Below are positions 1 through 12,571 of a stretch of 64,000 nucleotides of DNA, piece by piece. Source of the DNA: Octopus vulgaris (taxonomy: Eukaryota). Below the pieces are notes generated by a model. It was not told the origin of the DNA. It saw only the letters and a program-made list of their open reading frames with translations, and did no database searches. Position 1 is the first letter of the stretch. Every line of letters starts with the position of its first letter. The stretch spans positions 213,714,001-213,778,000 of the forward strand of contig OX597814.1 in the NCBI GenBank assembly GCA_951406725.2, read 5' to 3'. Both the position numbers and the translations under genes were made by a program.

Positions 1-74
1 AGAAGCCATGAGAGCCACTGCCTGGTACTGCATCAGGGCATTTATTAATTATTATTATTATTATTATCATTATC

Positions 75-127
<53 letters not shown>

Positions 128-146
128 CATTATTATTATTATTATT

Positions 147-685
147 GAGTGAGAGAGCAGTGCACGCCATCAAAGTGACACTGGTGTAAAATATACGAAG
201 CCCAGTATACCCATCATGACTACCCGTCTGATTCGGGTACACCAGGCACATACATCACAACCATATGTGTGCGACATGGCGATCTCATATCAAGATAAAC
301 AGCACATGACCTTGCAGGTGGGGCCCAGTTAGAATTTTCTTCTGGTCGAGTTATCCATCCCGCTCAAAAGGTCCCTGAATAAGGGTTGTTTAAGGATGTT
401 GAATGAAACACCCATGTTTCCAGAGGTGAATTATTCAAACCCCAAAGAATCCCTCCCAACACATGGCTATGATGCTCCTCCACTACTTCTGCTCGTGATC
501 AGAGATGCACATATCGTCAGCCACTAAGGGATATGCTCAACTGGTTAAGGTCAAACAACAGACAAGCAAATCTGTGGTATTCAACAGAATATTTATACGA
601 ATACAAATCAATGTACATGATGAAACTTCCAATCAGTTAAGATCAGAAACCACGAGAGCCCTTGCCTGGTATTGCATCATGGCAT
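147..685 (-). mobile_element. ~550-bp non-autonomous retroposon embedded in (TAA)n (near full-length copy)
   Basis: Colinear with 4657-5210, with a small internal difference near 595-615; (TAT)n on both sides; non-coding. The end of another copy is at 1-41. Confidence 0.8.
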
Positions 686-696
686 TATTATTATTA

Positions 697-763
<67 letters not shown>

Positions 764-767
764 CATT

Positions 768-1010
768 GAGTGAGAGAGCAACGCATGTCATCAAAATGGC
801 ACTGAGATACAAATATACGAAACTCAATATACTCATCATGATTATATGTCTGATAAGAGTACACCAGGCATATGCATCACAACCATATGTGCGTGACATG
901 GTGATCTCATATCAAGATAAACAGCGCATGACCTTGCAGGTGAAGCCCACTTAGAATTTTCATCAGGTCAAGTGCCCAATCCTTCTCAAAAGATCCCCGA
1001 ATAAGGATTA
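768..1010 (-). mobile_element. 5'-truncated copy of the (TAA)n-embedded retroposon
   Basis: Starts GAGTGAGAGAGCA next to (TAT)n; diverged match to 4657-4900. Confidence 0.75.
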
Positions 1011-1228
1011 CTCTTTTTACTCTTTTACTTGTTTCAGTCATTTGACTTCGGCCATGATGGAGCACCACCTATTTAGTCGAGTGAATCGACCCCACGACTG
1101 ATTCTTTATAAACCTAGTACTTATTCTATCGGTCACTTTTGCCGAACCGCTAAGTTACGGGGATGTAAACACACCAGCATCGGTTGTCAAGCGATGGTGG
1201 AGGGACAAACACAGGCACACAAACATAT

Positions 1229-1307
<79 letters not shown>

Positions 1308-1312
1308 CGACG
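1010..1312 (-). mobile_element. SINE family A, 3' half
   Basis: Reverse complement of the 8867-9280 tail (CAGCATGGCCGCAGTCAAATGACTGAAACAAGTAAAAGAG) with internal (TA)n. Confidence 0.8.
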
Positions 1313-1511
1313 GTTAAGGTAAAAAAACTGACAAGCAAATCTGTTGTATTGAGCATTATTAGCTGTAGCCCATCCTTTATACCAAGACAATGTACCTGAT
1401 AACACTTCCAGTAGTTAAGATCAGAAGCCATTGGAACCACTACCCGGTACTGCATCAGGGCATTTATCATAATCATCATCATCATTATTATTATTGTTAT
1501 TATTATTATTA

Positions 1512-1578
<67 letters not shown>

Positions 1579-1590
1579 TATTATTATTAA

Positions 1591-2140
1591 GGCAACGAGC
1601 CGGCTGAACCGTTAGCACGCCGAGCAAAATGCGTAGCGGCCTAATTCCACCGAGGTCCACTTTGCCTTTCATCCTTTCGAGGTTGATAAAATGGGTACCA
1701 GTTGCACACTGGGGTCGATGTAATCGATTCATCCCCTCCTCCCTAAAATTTCTGCCCTTATGACAAAATTTGAAACCAAAGGCGACGAGCTGGCAAAATC
1801 GTTAGCACGCTGGACGAAATGCTTAGCAGTATTTTGTCTGTCGCTACGTTCTGAGTTCAAATTCCACCGAAGTCGACTTTGCCTTTCATCCTTTCGGGGT
1901 CGATTAAATAAATACTAGTTACGCATTGGGACCGATATAATCGACTTAATCCGTCTGTCTGTCCTTGTTTGCCCTCTCTGTGTTTAGCCCCTTGTGGGTA
2001 GTAAAGAAATAGGTAATTCGTCTGTCTTTACGTTCTGAGTTCAAATTTCGGGGTCGATAAATTAAGTACCAGTGAAACACGGGGGTCGATGTAATCGACT
2101 AGATCTCTCCCCCATAACTTCAGGCCGTGTGCCTTTAGTA
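1591..2140 (+). mobile_element. Tandem SINE family M copies (tRNA-like head plus Meta/Sauria-like core)
   Basis: Head GGCGACGAGCTGGC...GTTAGCACG, B-box GAGTTCAAATTCC and core GTCGACTTTGCCTTTCATCCTTTCGGGGTCGAT. The core resembles the Meta domain (from recall). Confidence 0.8.
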
Positions 2141-2379
2141 GGAATGTTTATTACTATTATACTTATTCAACATTTTGTAGTTTCAGGCAAATTTCTACTG
2201 CATCACCTGCTACACCCCCATGTTGCTGGGGCGTGTGCATTTTTTTTATGCAAAACCTTCCCGGTATTGTATTGCGTATTTTCCTTTTGTTATGGGGTCT
2301 GGTACAGTCTCTCGTTGTATCAGTGTTGGTATTGTGTGTTGTGTGTAATGTGTTGGGTATCCAGTCTGTTGGTAGTTGT

Positions 2380-2650
2380 TTATTTTAGTGGATTTTTCTA
2401 TTAGTTTGTCTATTTCGGTTTGCGGCACTTTTCCCTCTCGCAGGTATATCGTCAGACATTTGCAGGTGTATTTTCCAAGATTTTTTCACTTATATGAGTA
2501 TTTCTTCTTCTCCTCCGTATTTAATAATTTTTTTTTTTACATCATCCCTATTTGCTTCGGGCATAGTTTTGCAGAGTAGAACGCATATAGCACTTCAAAA
2601 TAGCTGTCATCCGTCCACCGTTCTCTTCTGGTTTTGTTTTTCGCTTCGGC
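2380..2650 (-). pseudogene. N-terminal region of an R4/Dong-clade non-LTR retrotransposon ORF, degenerate
   Basis: Minus strand gives TRRERWTDDSYFEVLYAFYSAK...RRRRNTH...ANV*R...VPQTEIDKLIEK, like the R4/Dong N-terminal pattern RxKWTxEE..V..YY...LAxxRR.I....EIxxI; contains stops and frameshifts. Confidence 0.55.
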
Positions 2651-2943
2651 AGTGACATTAAGAAAGAGTCTGTCTCTTCAGTGTTAACTTTTTGACAGAT
2701 CACCGAGCTAAATTACTTTCATGTCGTTGTCGCCTGAAACTCACAGGCAGAAATCCATCTCTATTTGTTTTCACAGTTTTATTACTGAGCATATCTGCGT
2801 TTTTCTCTCTGTTTAAAATGAGACTTGTTTCAGCTTATTTTTATTATTATTTCTCTTTTTAAATTGTTTAAATACTGTGTGTTCTATGTTACCTTGTTCA
2901 TGTGCAAAAGGCTGTACGTGTGTGTACTATTATTATTATTATT

Positions 2944-3235
2944 GAGTGAGAGAGCAGTGCATGCCATCAAAGTGACACTGGTGTAAAATATACGAAGCCC
3001 AGTATACCCATCATGACTACCCGTCTGATGAGGGTACACCAGGCACATACATCATAACCATAAATGCGCGACATGGTGATCTCATATCAAGATAAACAGC
3101 GCATAGCCTTGCAGGTGGGGCCCGGTTAAAATTTTCTTCTAGTCAAGTAGCCTATCGCGCTTAAAAGATCCCTGAATAAGGATTGATTAAGGATATTGAA
3201 CGAACCACCCATGTTTCCAAAGGTGAATTATCCAA
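2944..3235 (-). mobile_element. 5'-truncated copy of the (TAA)n-embedded retroposon
   Basis: Matches 4657-4950; flanked by (TAT)n. Confidence 0.75.
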
Positions 3236-3237
3236 AT

Positions 3238-3324
<87 letters not shown>

Positions 3325-3699
3325 ATTATTATCATTATTGCTGTTGTTGTTGTTGTTGTTGTTAAGGTGTCAAGCAGACAGAATCGTTAGCACACTGAAT
3401 AAAATGCTTAGCGGCATTTGACTTGCTCTGAATTCATATTCCACGGAGGTCGACGTTGCTCTTCGTCCTTTCGGGATAGTTGAAATAACTACCGGTTGAG
3501 TATTGCTGTCGATGATATCGATTAGTCCCCCCTCCCCCTCCCCCTCAAATTTCAGGTCTTCTGCTTATAGAGAAAAGATTTTAAAAACTTTTTATGCATT
3601 GAGCGGACAGAATCGTTACCGCACCGGACAAAATGTTTAGAGGAATTTCTTCCGATCTTATGTTTTGAGTTCAAATTCCACTCTGGTCGATTTTCACTA

Positions 3700-4230
3700 C
3701 TCCTCTGATAAGGGTACACCAGGCACATGCATCACAACCTTATGTGCGCCATAATAATTTAATATGAAGATAAACAATGCGCCCCAGCATGGCCACAGCT
3801 CATGAGCTGAAACTGGAAAAATCGAAAAATCAAAACCTTGCAAGTGGGGCCTGGTTAAAATTTTCTTCAGGTCAAGTAGCCCATCCCGCTCAAAAGGTCC
3901 CTCGATAAGGGTTGTTTAAGAATGATGAACAAAACACCCATGTTTCCAATGAGGATTGTTTTTCCAAACCCCAAAGAATTCCTCTAAACTCATGGCTATG
4001 ATGCTCCCACACTACTTCTGCTCGGGAATTAGAGATGCACACATCGTCAGCCACTAAGGGACATGCTCAACTGGTTAAGGTCAAACAACTGACAAGCAAA
4101 TCTGTGTTATTGAGCAGAATTTTTGCTGTACCCTGTCTTTTATACCAAGATAAAACAATGTACATGATAGCACTTCCAATCAGTTAAGATAAGATGCCAT
4201 TAGAGCCACTGCCTGGTACTGCATCAGGAC
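3700..4230 (-). mobile_element. Diverged, interrupted copy of the (TAA)n-embedded retroposon
   Basis: Matches 4735-5210, with a short SINE-tail insertion at about 3780-3835. Confidence 0.7.
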
Positions 4231-4240
4231 ATTATTATTG

Positions 4241-4294
<54 letters not shown>

Positions 4295-4297
<3 letters not shown>

Positions 4298-4630
4298 GTT
4301 TGACTTTTGCTTTATATTTGTACAAGTTGGCTCCAAGTCTCACCCAGAGACCTCAAGAGACAACAGGTTGGAAGTTCACGTTATTGTTATGCCTAGTGTG
4401 TCATATATTTGGTTGTTTTTTTTGTGTTGTACTAGTGGATGTCTAAAAAATGAAAAATATAAATAAATAAAAAAATAAATAAAAAATAAGAATTTTAAAA
4501 AAATGTTTATTTTAAACCGTGAGATTACATAGAAAGTATTTTGCGTAGGATATGAGCAGTTCCCATGAGCACTATCTTTTGAATTTCTGCCATTTTTGGG
4601 TTTCCTGGTATCTGAGTTAGGTAGCTATCA
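4295..4630 (-). mobile_element. 3' end of an R4/Dong-type LINE (ORF C-terminus plus 3' UTR)
   Basis: Encodes DSYLTQIPGNPKMAEIQKIVLMGTAHILRKILSM*; same UTR as 5256-5480; ends in (TAA)n. Confidence 0.8.
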
Positions 4631-4656
4631 TTCCTATTATTATTATTATTATTATT

Positions 4657-5209
4657 GAGTGAGTGAGCAGAGCATGCCATCAAAGTGACACTGGGGTAAA
4701 ATATACGAAGCCCAGTATACCCATCATGACTACCCGTCTGATAAGGGTACACCAGGCACATGCATCACAACCATATGTGCGCGACATGGTGATCTCATAT
4801 CAAGATAAACAGCACATGACCTTGCAGGTGGAGCCCAGTTAGAATTTTCTTCATATCGAGTAACCCATCCCGCTCAAAAGGTCCCTGAATAAGGGTTGTT
4901 TAAGGACGTTGAACGAAACACCCATGTTTCCAGAGGTGAATTATTCAAACCCCAAAGAATCCTTCTCAACACATGGCTATGATGCTCCCCCACTACTTCT
5001 GCTCGTGATCAGAGATGCACATATCGTCAGCCACTAAGGGACATGCTCAACTGGTTAAGGTCAAACAACTGACAAGCAAATCTGTGGTATTGAGCAGAAT
5101 ATTTGCTGTAGCCCATCTTTTATACCAAGACAAACAATGTACATGATAACACTTCCAATCGGTTAAGATCAGAAGCCATGAGAGCCACTGCCTGGTACTG
5201 CATCAGGGC

Positions 5210-5210
<1 letters not shown>
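4657..5210 (-). mobile_element. Full-length 554-bp (TAA)n-embedded non-autonomous retroposon
   Basis: Sharp ends shared with other copies (minus strand TGCCCTGATGCAG ... CTCACTC then (AAT)n). Several truncated copies keep the same end, which suggests minus polarity. Confidence 0.8.
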
Positions 5211-5255
<45 letters not shown>

Positions 5256-5256
<1 letters not shown>

Positions 5257-5792
5257 TATGTTTGACTTTTGCTTTATATTTGTACAAGTTGGCTCCAAGT
5301 CTCACCCAGAGACCTCAAGAGACAACAGGGTTGGAAGTTCATGTTGTTGTTATGCCTAGTGTGCCATATATTTGGGGGGTGGGGATGTTGTACTAATGAA
5401 TGTCTAAAAATAAAAAAAAAAAAAAATTTTTTTTGTTTTTTTTTTAAACCGAAAATTATGTTTGTTTTAAACCTTGAGATTACATAGAGAGTATTTTGCG
5501 TAGGATATGAGCAGTTCCCATGAGCACTATCTTTTGAACTTCTGCCATTTTTGGGTTTCCTGGTATCTGAGTTAGGTAGCTATCAGCCCCTTTTGCTATC
5601 ATTCCCAGGGCACCTATGACAACAGGTATTGTTTTAGTCTTCAGCTTCCACATTTTGCTGATTTCTATTTCAAGATCTTTATATTTGCTCAGTTTTTGGT
5701 AGGTCTTGACAGATACGTTTATATCGATTGGGACAGTCATATCAATGAGGAGGCATGTTCTTTGTTTGAAGTTTTTCAATATGATGTCTGGC
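5256..5792 (-). mobile_element. 5'-truncated R4/Dong-clade LINE: restriction-like endonuclease (RLE) C-terminus plus 3' UTR
   Basis: ORF 5480-5794 PDIILKNFKQRTCLLIDMTVP...KLSKYKDL...KTIPVVIGALG has the PD-(D/E)xK RLE motifs (PDI, IDxxVP, KxxKY, PVVIGALG). It sits in (TAA)n, the known Dong target type. Confidence 0.85.
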
Positions 5793-5815
5793 ATTATTAT
5801 TATTATTATTATTAC

Positions 5816-5906
<91 letters not shown>

Positions 5907-5907
5907 T

Positions 5908-5984
<77 letters not shown>
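5793..5984. repeat. Compound (TAT)n-(TAG)n microsatellite
   Basis: Direct inspection. Confidence 0.95.
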
Positions 5985-5985
<1 letters not shown>

Positions 5986-6161
5986 AGGCAGTGAGCTGGC
6001 AGAATCGTTAGCACGCTGGACGAACTGCTTAGCGGTGTTTCGCCCGTCGCTACTTTCTGAGTTCACATTCTGCCGAGGGCGACTTTTAAGCACCGGGGTT
6101 GATGTAATTGAATTACCTCCTCCTCCCCCGACATTTCTGGCCTTGTGCTAAAATTTGAAGC

Positions 6162-6199
<38 letters not shown>

Positions 6200-6399
6200 T
6201 TGTTGTTATGAGAGTTTCTAAGTTCGCGCAGAGTCTTTTGCTTACTCTAGTATTTATCTATAAATAAACACTTAACCCAAATATCTACGCGAGCTGTGCA
6301 CACACAGCAGTAGAATATATTGGCATGTGTGAGAATCTGTAATGCAGTACGCTATTAGGCCTGTGTATCATACTTGCGTGTGTGTGTTCGTGTGTGTGT

Positions 6400-6454
<55 letters not shown>

Positions 6455-7021
6455 GGCGTGTTCGTATCTTTATGGGTGAGAGCGTGGAAGTGTAATATCC
6501 ATTCAGAAGATAAATGCACACGCGTATTTAATTGTTATGTACACTGGCTTAAAGTACACATGTACTGCTTATAAAAAGCAATCGCCATTGTCACATACGA
6601 GCACACACACACACACTTACTTATACATCCCATCCTGACACTCTATTCACCACCGATTCAACAAATCCTCACCATCCAACTACCCGCCCCCCTCTGTCTC
6701 ATCTATACTCATCCTCACCATCCAACTACCCCCTCCCCCCTCTGTCTCAACTATACTCACGGTGATGTTTACGCAAATGTATGAATGAAATCCGTATTTG
6801 ATTACGTGTGTACGTTATAGTGGATGTTTTTACGCCTATGAATGGAATACGAACAAGATTGTTTATGATATAAAGGGACAAATGACGAAAGAATTTATTT
6901 ATTTATCTGATTTTTATCTATTTCTATATCTATACCTATATCTATATCTATTTCTCTCTTCTCACGACCACACACACGCACCCAAACGCACACGCACACA
7001 CATATACACACGCACACACAT

Positions 7022-7121
<100 letters not shown>

Positions 7122-7267
7122 ATACATGTATATACATTGAAAAATGAGGGTGAAAAATTAGATATTAATTTAATAATACCCTTATTTTAACACCAAGCGA
7201 CCTAGCATATAACAAACCAGGGAGACGATACATACTTAACGTTAACTCTCATATATACATGTATATA

Positions 7268-7315
<48 letters not shown>

Positions 7316-8444
7316 TGTATGTACGTCCATGCGTGTGTATATACACATTTATGTGTGCGTATATACACACACACATATATATATATATATACATACACAT
7401 ACACATATATACATGCATATCTGTATGAGTTAGGGCATTCCCTTGGTTACGACGACGAATGTTCCATTTGATTCGATGAACAGAACGGCCTGCTCCTGAA
7501 ATTAACGTGCTGAGCACTCCACAGAGACACTCCACGTGTGACAAGGTTGACCCTTTGTAATACAGCAACTATTTCATCTTTATCCAACCGAGTGGACTCT
7601 AGCAACGTGAAATAAAGTGTCTGGCTCAAAATACACACTGCACTGCCGCGTATCGAGCTCACGACCTTACGATCGTAAACCGTATACATTACCCACTAAG
7701 CTACACACCTTCACATCATTAACTGAAAGTGAATCGATCGATCGATCGATCTAACTGATTTCAGATCCTGTTAGACTTTCACCAGAAAGTACATGGACCC
7801 CAACACTTGGCTGGTACTTTATTGTATTGACCTCGAAAAGATGATAAGTAAAGTTGACTTCGGTGGTATTTGAACTCGGAACGTAATGACGGTGTACATA
7901 CCGCAAAATATTTTGTCCGGTGAGGGCGTGGTTGTGATAAGAAGCTTGCTTCCCAATCACATACCTCCGGGTTCAATCCTACTGCGTGGCGCCTTGGGCA
8001 GGTGTCTTCTACTATAGCCTGGGGCCAACTAAAGCCTTTTGAGTGGATTTGGTAGACATGGCTATGATACTCCCCCACTACTTCTCGTGATCAGAGATGC
8101 ACAAATCGTCAACCACTAAGGGACATGATCAACTGGTTAAGGTCAAACAACTGACAAGCAAGTCTGTCTTATATGAATGTGTGTACGTGTGTGTATATTT
8201 GTGTGTGTCTATCCATATATATGTATGTGTGCGAGTGTCTTTGTATGTTTGTCTTTAACCCTCACATCGCTTGACAATAGGTGTTGGTGAGTTTACGTCC
8301 CGTAAACTAGCGGTTCGGCAAATGAGGCCGATAAAATAAGTACCAGGCTTTAAAGAAATAAAAGTACTGGGATTGATTTGTTCGACTATAAAATAATGTT
8401 GAAGGCGGTGCCCCAGCTTGGCTGGAGTCTAATGACGGAAACAA

Positions 8445-8703
8445 CAATAATAAATGCCCCCTTTTAAAGCCTAGCCAGGGTCATGGGCCCTGTTTCCCGG
8501 TCTTAATGGCGTATGTGTTCCCCAGCTGGACGGGACGCCAGTCCATCGCAGCGTTACTCATTTTTGCCAGCTGAGTGGACTGGAGCAACGTGAAATGAAG
8601 TGTTTTGCTCAAGAACACAACTCGTGGACCGGTCCAGGAATCGAAACCACAATCTTACGATCATGATGCCGACACCCTGACCACTAAGCCACGCGCCTCC
8701 ACA
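8445..8703 (-). mobile_element. tRNA-derived SINE with a V-domain-like core, inserted into the tail of an older family A SINE
   Basis: Minus strand A-box TGGCTTAGTGG, B-box GGTTTCGATTCC, core GCGATGGACTGGCGTCCCGTCCAG; 14-bp TSD AATGACGGAAACAA at 8431-8444 and 8704-8717. Confidence 0.8.
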
Positions 8704-8866
8704 AATGACGGAAACAAGTAAACGATAAATGATAAATGGTAAAGGCATAACAGGAAATAAGAACATAACTGCAACGATGAGTATAGCTATAAATGAAGCA
8801 GAGCCTGTATCTGGAAAAGTACAGGTAAATATTCCAAACGTGAATATTTATAAATGTAACTACATA

Positions 8867-9280
8867 GGCGCAGGAGTGGCTGTGTGGTAAGTAGCTTACT
8901 AACCAATCACATGGTTCCGGGTTCAGTCCCACTGATGCGTGGTACCTTGGGCAAGTGTCTTCTGCTATAGCCCCGGGCCGACCAATGCCTTGTGAGTGGA
9001 TTTGGTAGACGGAAACTGAAAGAAGCCTGTCGTATATATGTATATATATATATGTGTGTGTTTGTGTGTCTGTGTTTGTCCCCCTAGCATCGCTTGACAA
9101 CCGATGCTGGTGTGTTTACGTCCCCGTCACTTAGCGGTTCGGCAAAAAAGAGACCGATAGAATAAGTACTGGGCTTACAAAGAATAAGTCCCGGGGTCGA
9201 GTTGCTCGATTAAAGGCGGTGCTCCAGCATGGCCGCAGTCAAATGACTGAAACAAGTAAAAGAGTAAAAGAGAAAAGAGA
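8867..9280 (+). mobile_element. SINE family A, full length (tRNA head, Ceph-SINE-like body, internal TA/TG microsatellite, (GTAAAAGA)n tail)
   Basis: A-box TGGCTGTGTGG and B-box GGTTCAGTCCC; more than 10 copies in the window on both strands. Confidence 0.85.
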
Positions 9281-9546
9281 AATATACATATACATATAAA
9301 TCTGAATGGAAACGAATGGTTAACTGCATTTCTTTATAAATATATTTCTAAGAGTAATTGTAATTATATTTCATATCGTTGTAATTACAATTGAATTTTA
9401 TATCTACATTTACGATTATCTTTATATTTATTAACTGTTACTCTTGCGTTTGGAAGTGTCTTTTCATTTGCATAGATTCTGTTCCAGTTAAATTTACATC
9501 GTCAGTTATATTTTCTATTACATTTGTCATTGTACATTCATTTCTA

Positions 9547-9797
9547 TAGGGTTGGTGCATAATTATTGCGGCTTTTTTTCAACAAATTTTATTCAACAGA
9601 AACAATAGCGACAAGTAACAAAAACGTCTTTAAATGATTATTCCGGAGCATATTCACCATCTACTTCAATTACTGCTTCCCATTCGCCTCGCAGATGGTC
9701 ATACCGTCATTTTAAGATGTATTTTTGTTAAATATTGTTATTGCTTTTGTTGAATAAATTTGTTGAAAAAAGCTGCAAGAATTATGCACCAACCCAA
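9547..9797. mobile_element. Mariner-derived MITE
   Basis: ~80-bp terminal inverted repeats (TIRs) starting T(A/T)GGGTTGGTGCATAATT(A/C)TTGC, resembling Hsmar1/MADE1-type ends; TA on both flanks. Confidence 0.8.
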
Positions 9798-10018
9798 TAT
9801 TAACTTTAGCAGCATTTAAAATTGTATTTACATGTACATTCGTAATTATAAGTCAATTTACAAATCTAGTTACTGCATGTACTCTTACATTTTACAGTTA
9901 CAGCTGCAGATTGTCTTTCACTTTGTTTTGTTTTTATTTTGTTTGTTGTTTGTTTGTTTTTTTACATTCGCAATCACTGTTAAACTTATATTTGCAGGAA
10001 CATTTAGATTATAGGTTA

Positions 10019-10979
10019 CAGAGCGTTTCAAAAGTCTATTTTACATTCTAAGAATTCTTATATCATGAACTACAAATGGTAGCAGGATTGAACTGGTACC
10101 ATTTAAAAGCTAAAGGTGTCAAGTTTTCTTCTGTAAATTAAATTTTAATCTAATTAATTTAGTTTAACTTAATTTTGTTTTTGTTTTTTTTTTCTCTTTT
10201 CAAATCTAGTGATATCGTACACAAAACAAGAGAAGCCATTTTGTATCCTAGAGTACGCTAAAACAGAATCATAGACATGTATTCAACGAAAGTTTTGTAC
10301 AACGTTTACCAAGCAGGTACCAGACAGACGTTCCATTTTGAATTGGTATGCAAAATTTAAGGAGGAGGGGTGTTTGTGCCTGGCAAAGAGAACAGGACCT
10401 CCTGTGCAAAATTCATGGCGAATAGGTTTATGTGTCCTCCAACTGTTGAACAAATTTCAGCTCGTATGGTATGAACTGCAGCCGTCTCCTTAAGACGTGC
10501 CAAACAGTTGTTGAAGGGAGCTGAAGTTCTCGACTGGCAATTGTGACTGATTTCTAGAGGCTGCGCTGGAAGGTTTACCGAACTTGTTCAACCGTTTCAT
10601 CTGAAGTTGACGGGCATCCTGTTCTGTTTTACAAGCCACATAGCCCCTCCTCCTTAAATTTTGCATACCAATTCAAAATGGAACTTCTGTCAGGTGCCTG
10701 TTTGGTTAAACGTTGTACGAAATTTGCGTTGAACACGTATCCATGATTCAGAGTTTTAACGTATTTTAAGACGCAAAATTACTTCTCTTGTTTTGTGAAT
10801 GACATTACTAGATCTGAAAAGATACAAAAAAAAAAATTCAAATCTAATTTATTAAAATCAAATTAACAGAAGAAAACTTGACACTTTTAGTTTTTAAACG
10901 GTATCAGTTCAGTCATATTACTATTTGTAGTTCATGATATGAGTTCTTAGAATGTGAGATAGACTTTTGAAACACCCTG
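10019..10979. mobile_element. Tc3/mariner-type foldback element made of two left ends, each with transposase N-terminal HTH remnants
   Basis: TIRs CAG(A/G)G(C/T)GTTTCAAAAGTC with TA TSD; ~380-bp inverted arms. The left arm reads KQEKPFCILEYAK...IQRKF...DRRSILNWYAKFKEEGCLC (DUF4817-like HTH) and the right arm is its inverted homologue. Confidence 0.8.
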
Positions 10980-11630
10980 TATTTTGACAGACATAGAGCA
11001 TACAAACAGTTGTGGTCACAAATACATTTACGTATATTTACATCAACGTTCAGCAATAAAACTTATAACTAGATGTAAATATATATATTTAGCTGTACAT
11101 TAATAGTAAATGAATCTGTTCTTGTACATGGAACTAACGATATAAATGTAACTAAATATAGCGGGCATATAACATTGGAACAGAACTGTTTGTGTAAGTA
11201 TAAGCGTAACCGTATCCGTAAATACAAATGTCAATTAAAAAAAATTCTGGCGAAGCAACGTTGAATAAAATATATTTGTGTAAAGCTATATTTAGCACGT
11301 CCGAGTGTATTCGAACGTGAGAAAAACGATTCGCTGCAGAAATAGACAGAGAGAAAATTCTCCTCCTAGACGATATGTGAGGCAACAGTGACTGGGAATG
11401 TGAGTAAACGTTAATGTAACTGCAAATGCAAAGCAATTATATTGTGGAAGGGAGATTTGGACGCGATTCTTCTTTTATTTTTAGTACTTTACACGATACA
11501 CTATATTTCTTTTTATAGGCAGGAAAGATGGTAAAATATTTTTCTTGATTCGTTTGAACTAAACAGATATTATCCATTACCCCGATTATATCAAGGCATC
11601 AACATTGGCATTACTGAGTGTCATCTCAAA

Positions 11631-12070
11631 GTGGCGAACTGGCAGAATCGTTAGCATGCTGGGCGAAATGCTTAGCGGTATTTCGTCTGTTGTTACATTC
11701 TGAGTTCAAATTCGCCGAGGTCGACTTTGCCTTTCATCCTTTCGGGATCGATGAAATAAGTACCAGTCGATGTAATCGACTACCCCCGCCTTCCCCCCAA
11801 AATTTGCAAGGTCTTGTGCCTAGAGTATAAAAAATTATTGAATGTCATCTCAAGGCGGTGAGCTGGCAGAATCGTTTGCACGTCGGTCGAAATGCTTAGC
11901 GGTATTTCGCCCGTCGCTACGTTCTGAGTTCAAATTCCACCGAGGTCGACTTTGCCTTTCATCCTTTCGGGGGCTGATGAAATAAGTACCAGTAATACAC
12001 TGGGGTCGATATAACCGACTTAACCCCTCCCTGCAAATTTCAAGCCTTGTACCTAGAGTAGAAGAGATTA
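11631..12070 (+). mobile_element. Two tandem SINE family M copies
   Basis: Head and core as in 1781-1960. Confidence 0.8.
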
Positions 12071-12194
12071 TTAAATTTCATCTCACTCTCACAAATCAGT
12101 TGTACATATTTCCAACAACAAATTCTTCATCAGCAGATGGTTTTAGCGATAATAAGTCCGTACCACTTATAATACAGATTACTAGATCATATTT

Positions 12195-12571
12195 GTGGAG
12201 GCGCAATGGCCCAGTGGTTAGCGCAGCGGACTCGCGGTCATAGGATCGCGGTTTCGATTCCCAGACCGGGCGTTGTGAGTGTTTATTGAGCGAAAACACA
12301 AGGCTCCGGCAGGGGATGGTGGTGATCCCTGCTGTACTCTTTCACCACAACTTTCTCTCACTCTTACTTCCTGTTTCTGTTGTACCTGTATTTCAAAGGG
12401 CCGGCCTTGTCACTCTCCGTGTCACGCTGAATATCCCCGAGAACTACGTTATGGGTGCACGTGTCTGTGGAGTGCTCAGCCACTTACACGTTAATTTCAC
12501 GAGCAGGCTGTTCCGTTGATTCGGATCAACCGGAACCCTCATCGTCGTAACCGACGGAGTGCTTAAAGAAA
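12195..12571 (+). mobile_element. SINE family B, full length
   Basis: tRNA-like head with A-box TGGCCCAGTGG and B-box GGTTTCGATTCC; 14-bp TSD ACTAGATCATATTT at 12181-12194 and 12572-12585. Confidence 0.9.

Noticed and set aside
3025-3031. CTGATGA in one TAA-element copy
   Set aside because: Other copies read CTGATAA or CTGATTC, and there is no GAAA partner.
5110-5210. Hammerhead call for the 5' end of the TAA-embedded element (CUGAUGC...AAAAG on the minus strand)
   Set aside because: Lacks A9, G12 and a stem III; kept only as an unexplained fold.
12197-12270. tRNA-like sequences at SINE heads (also 8867, 23318, 32456)
   Set aside because: A/B boxes are present but the cloverleaf is incomplete and they continue into SINE bodies; not tRNA genes.
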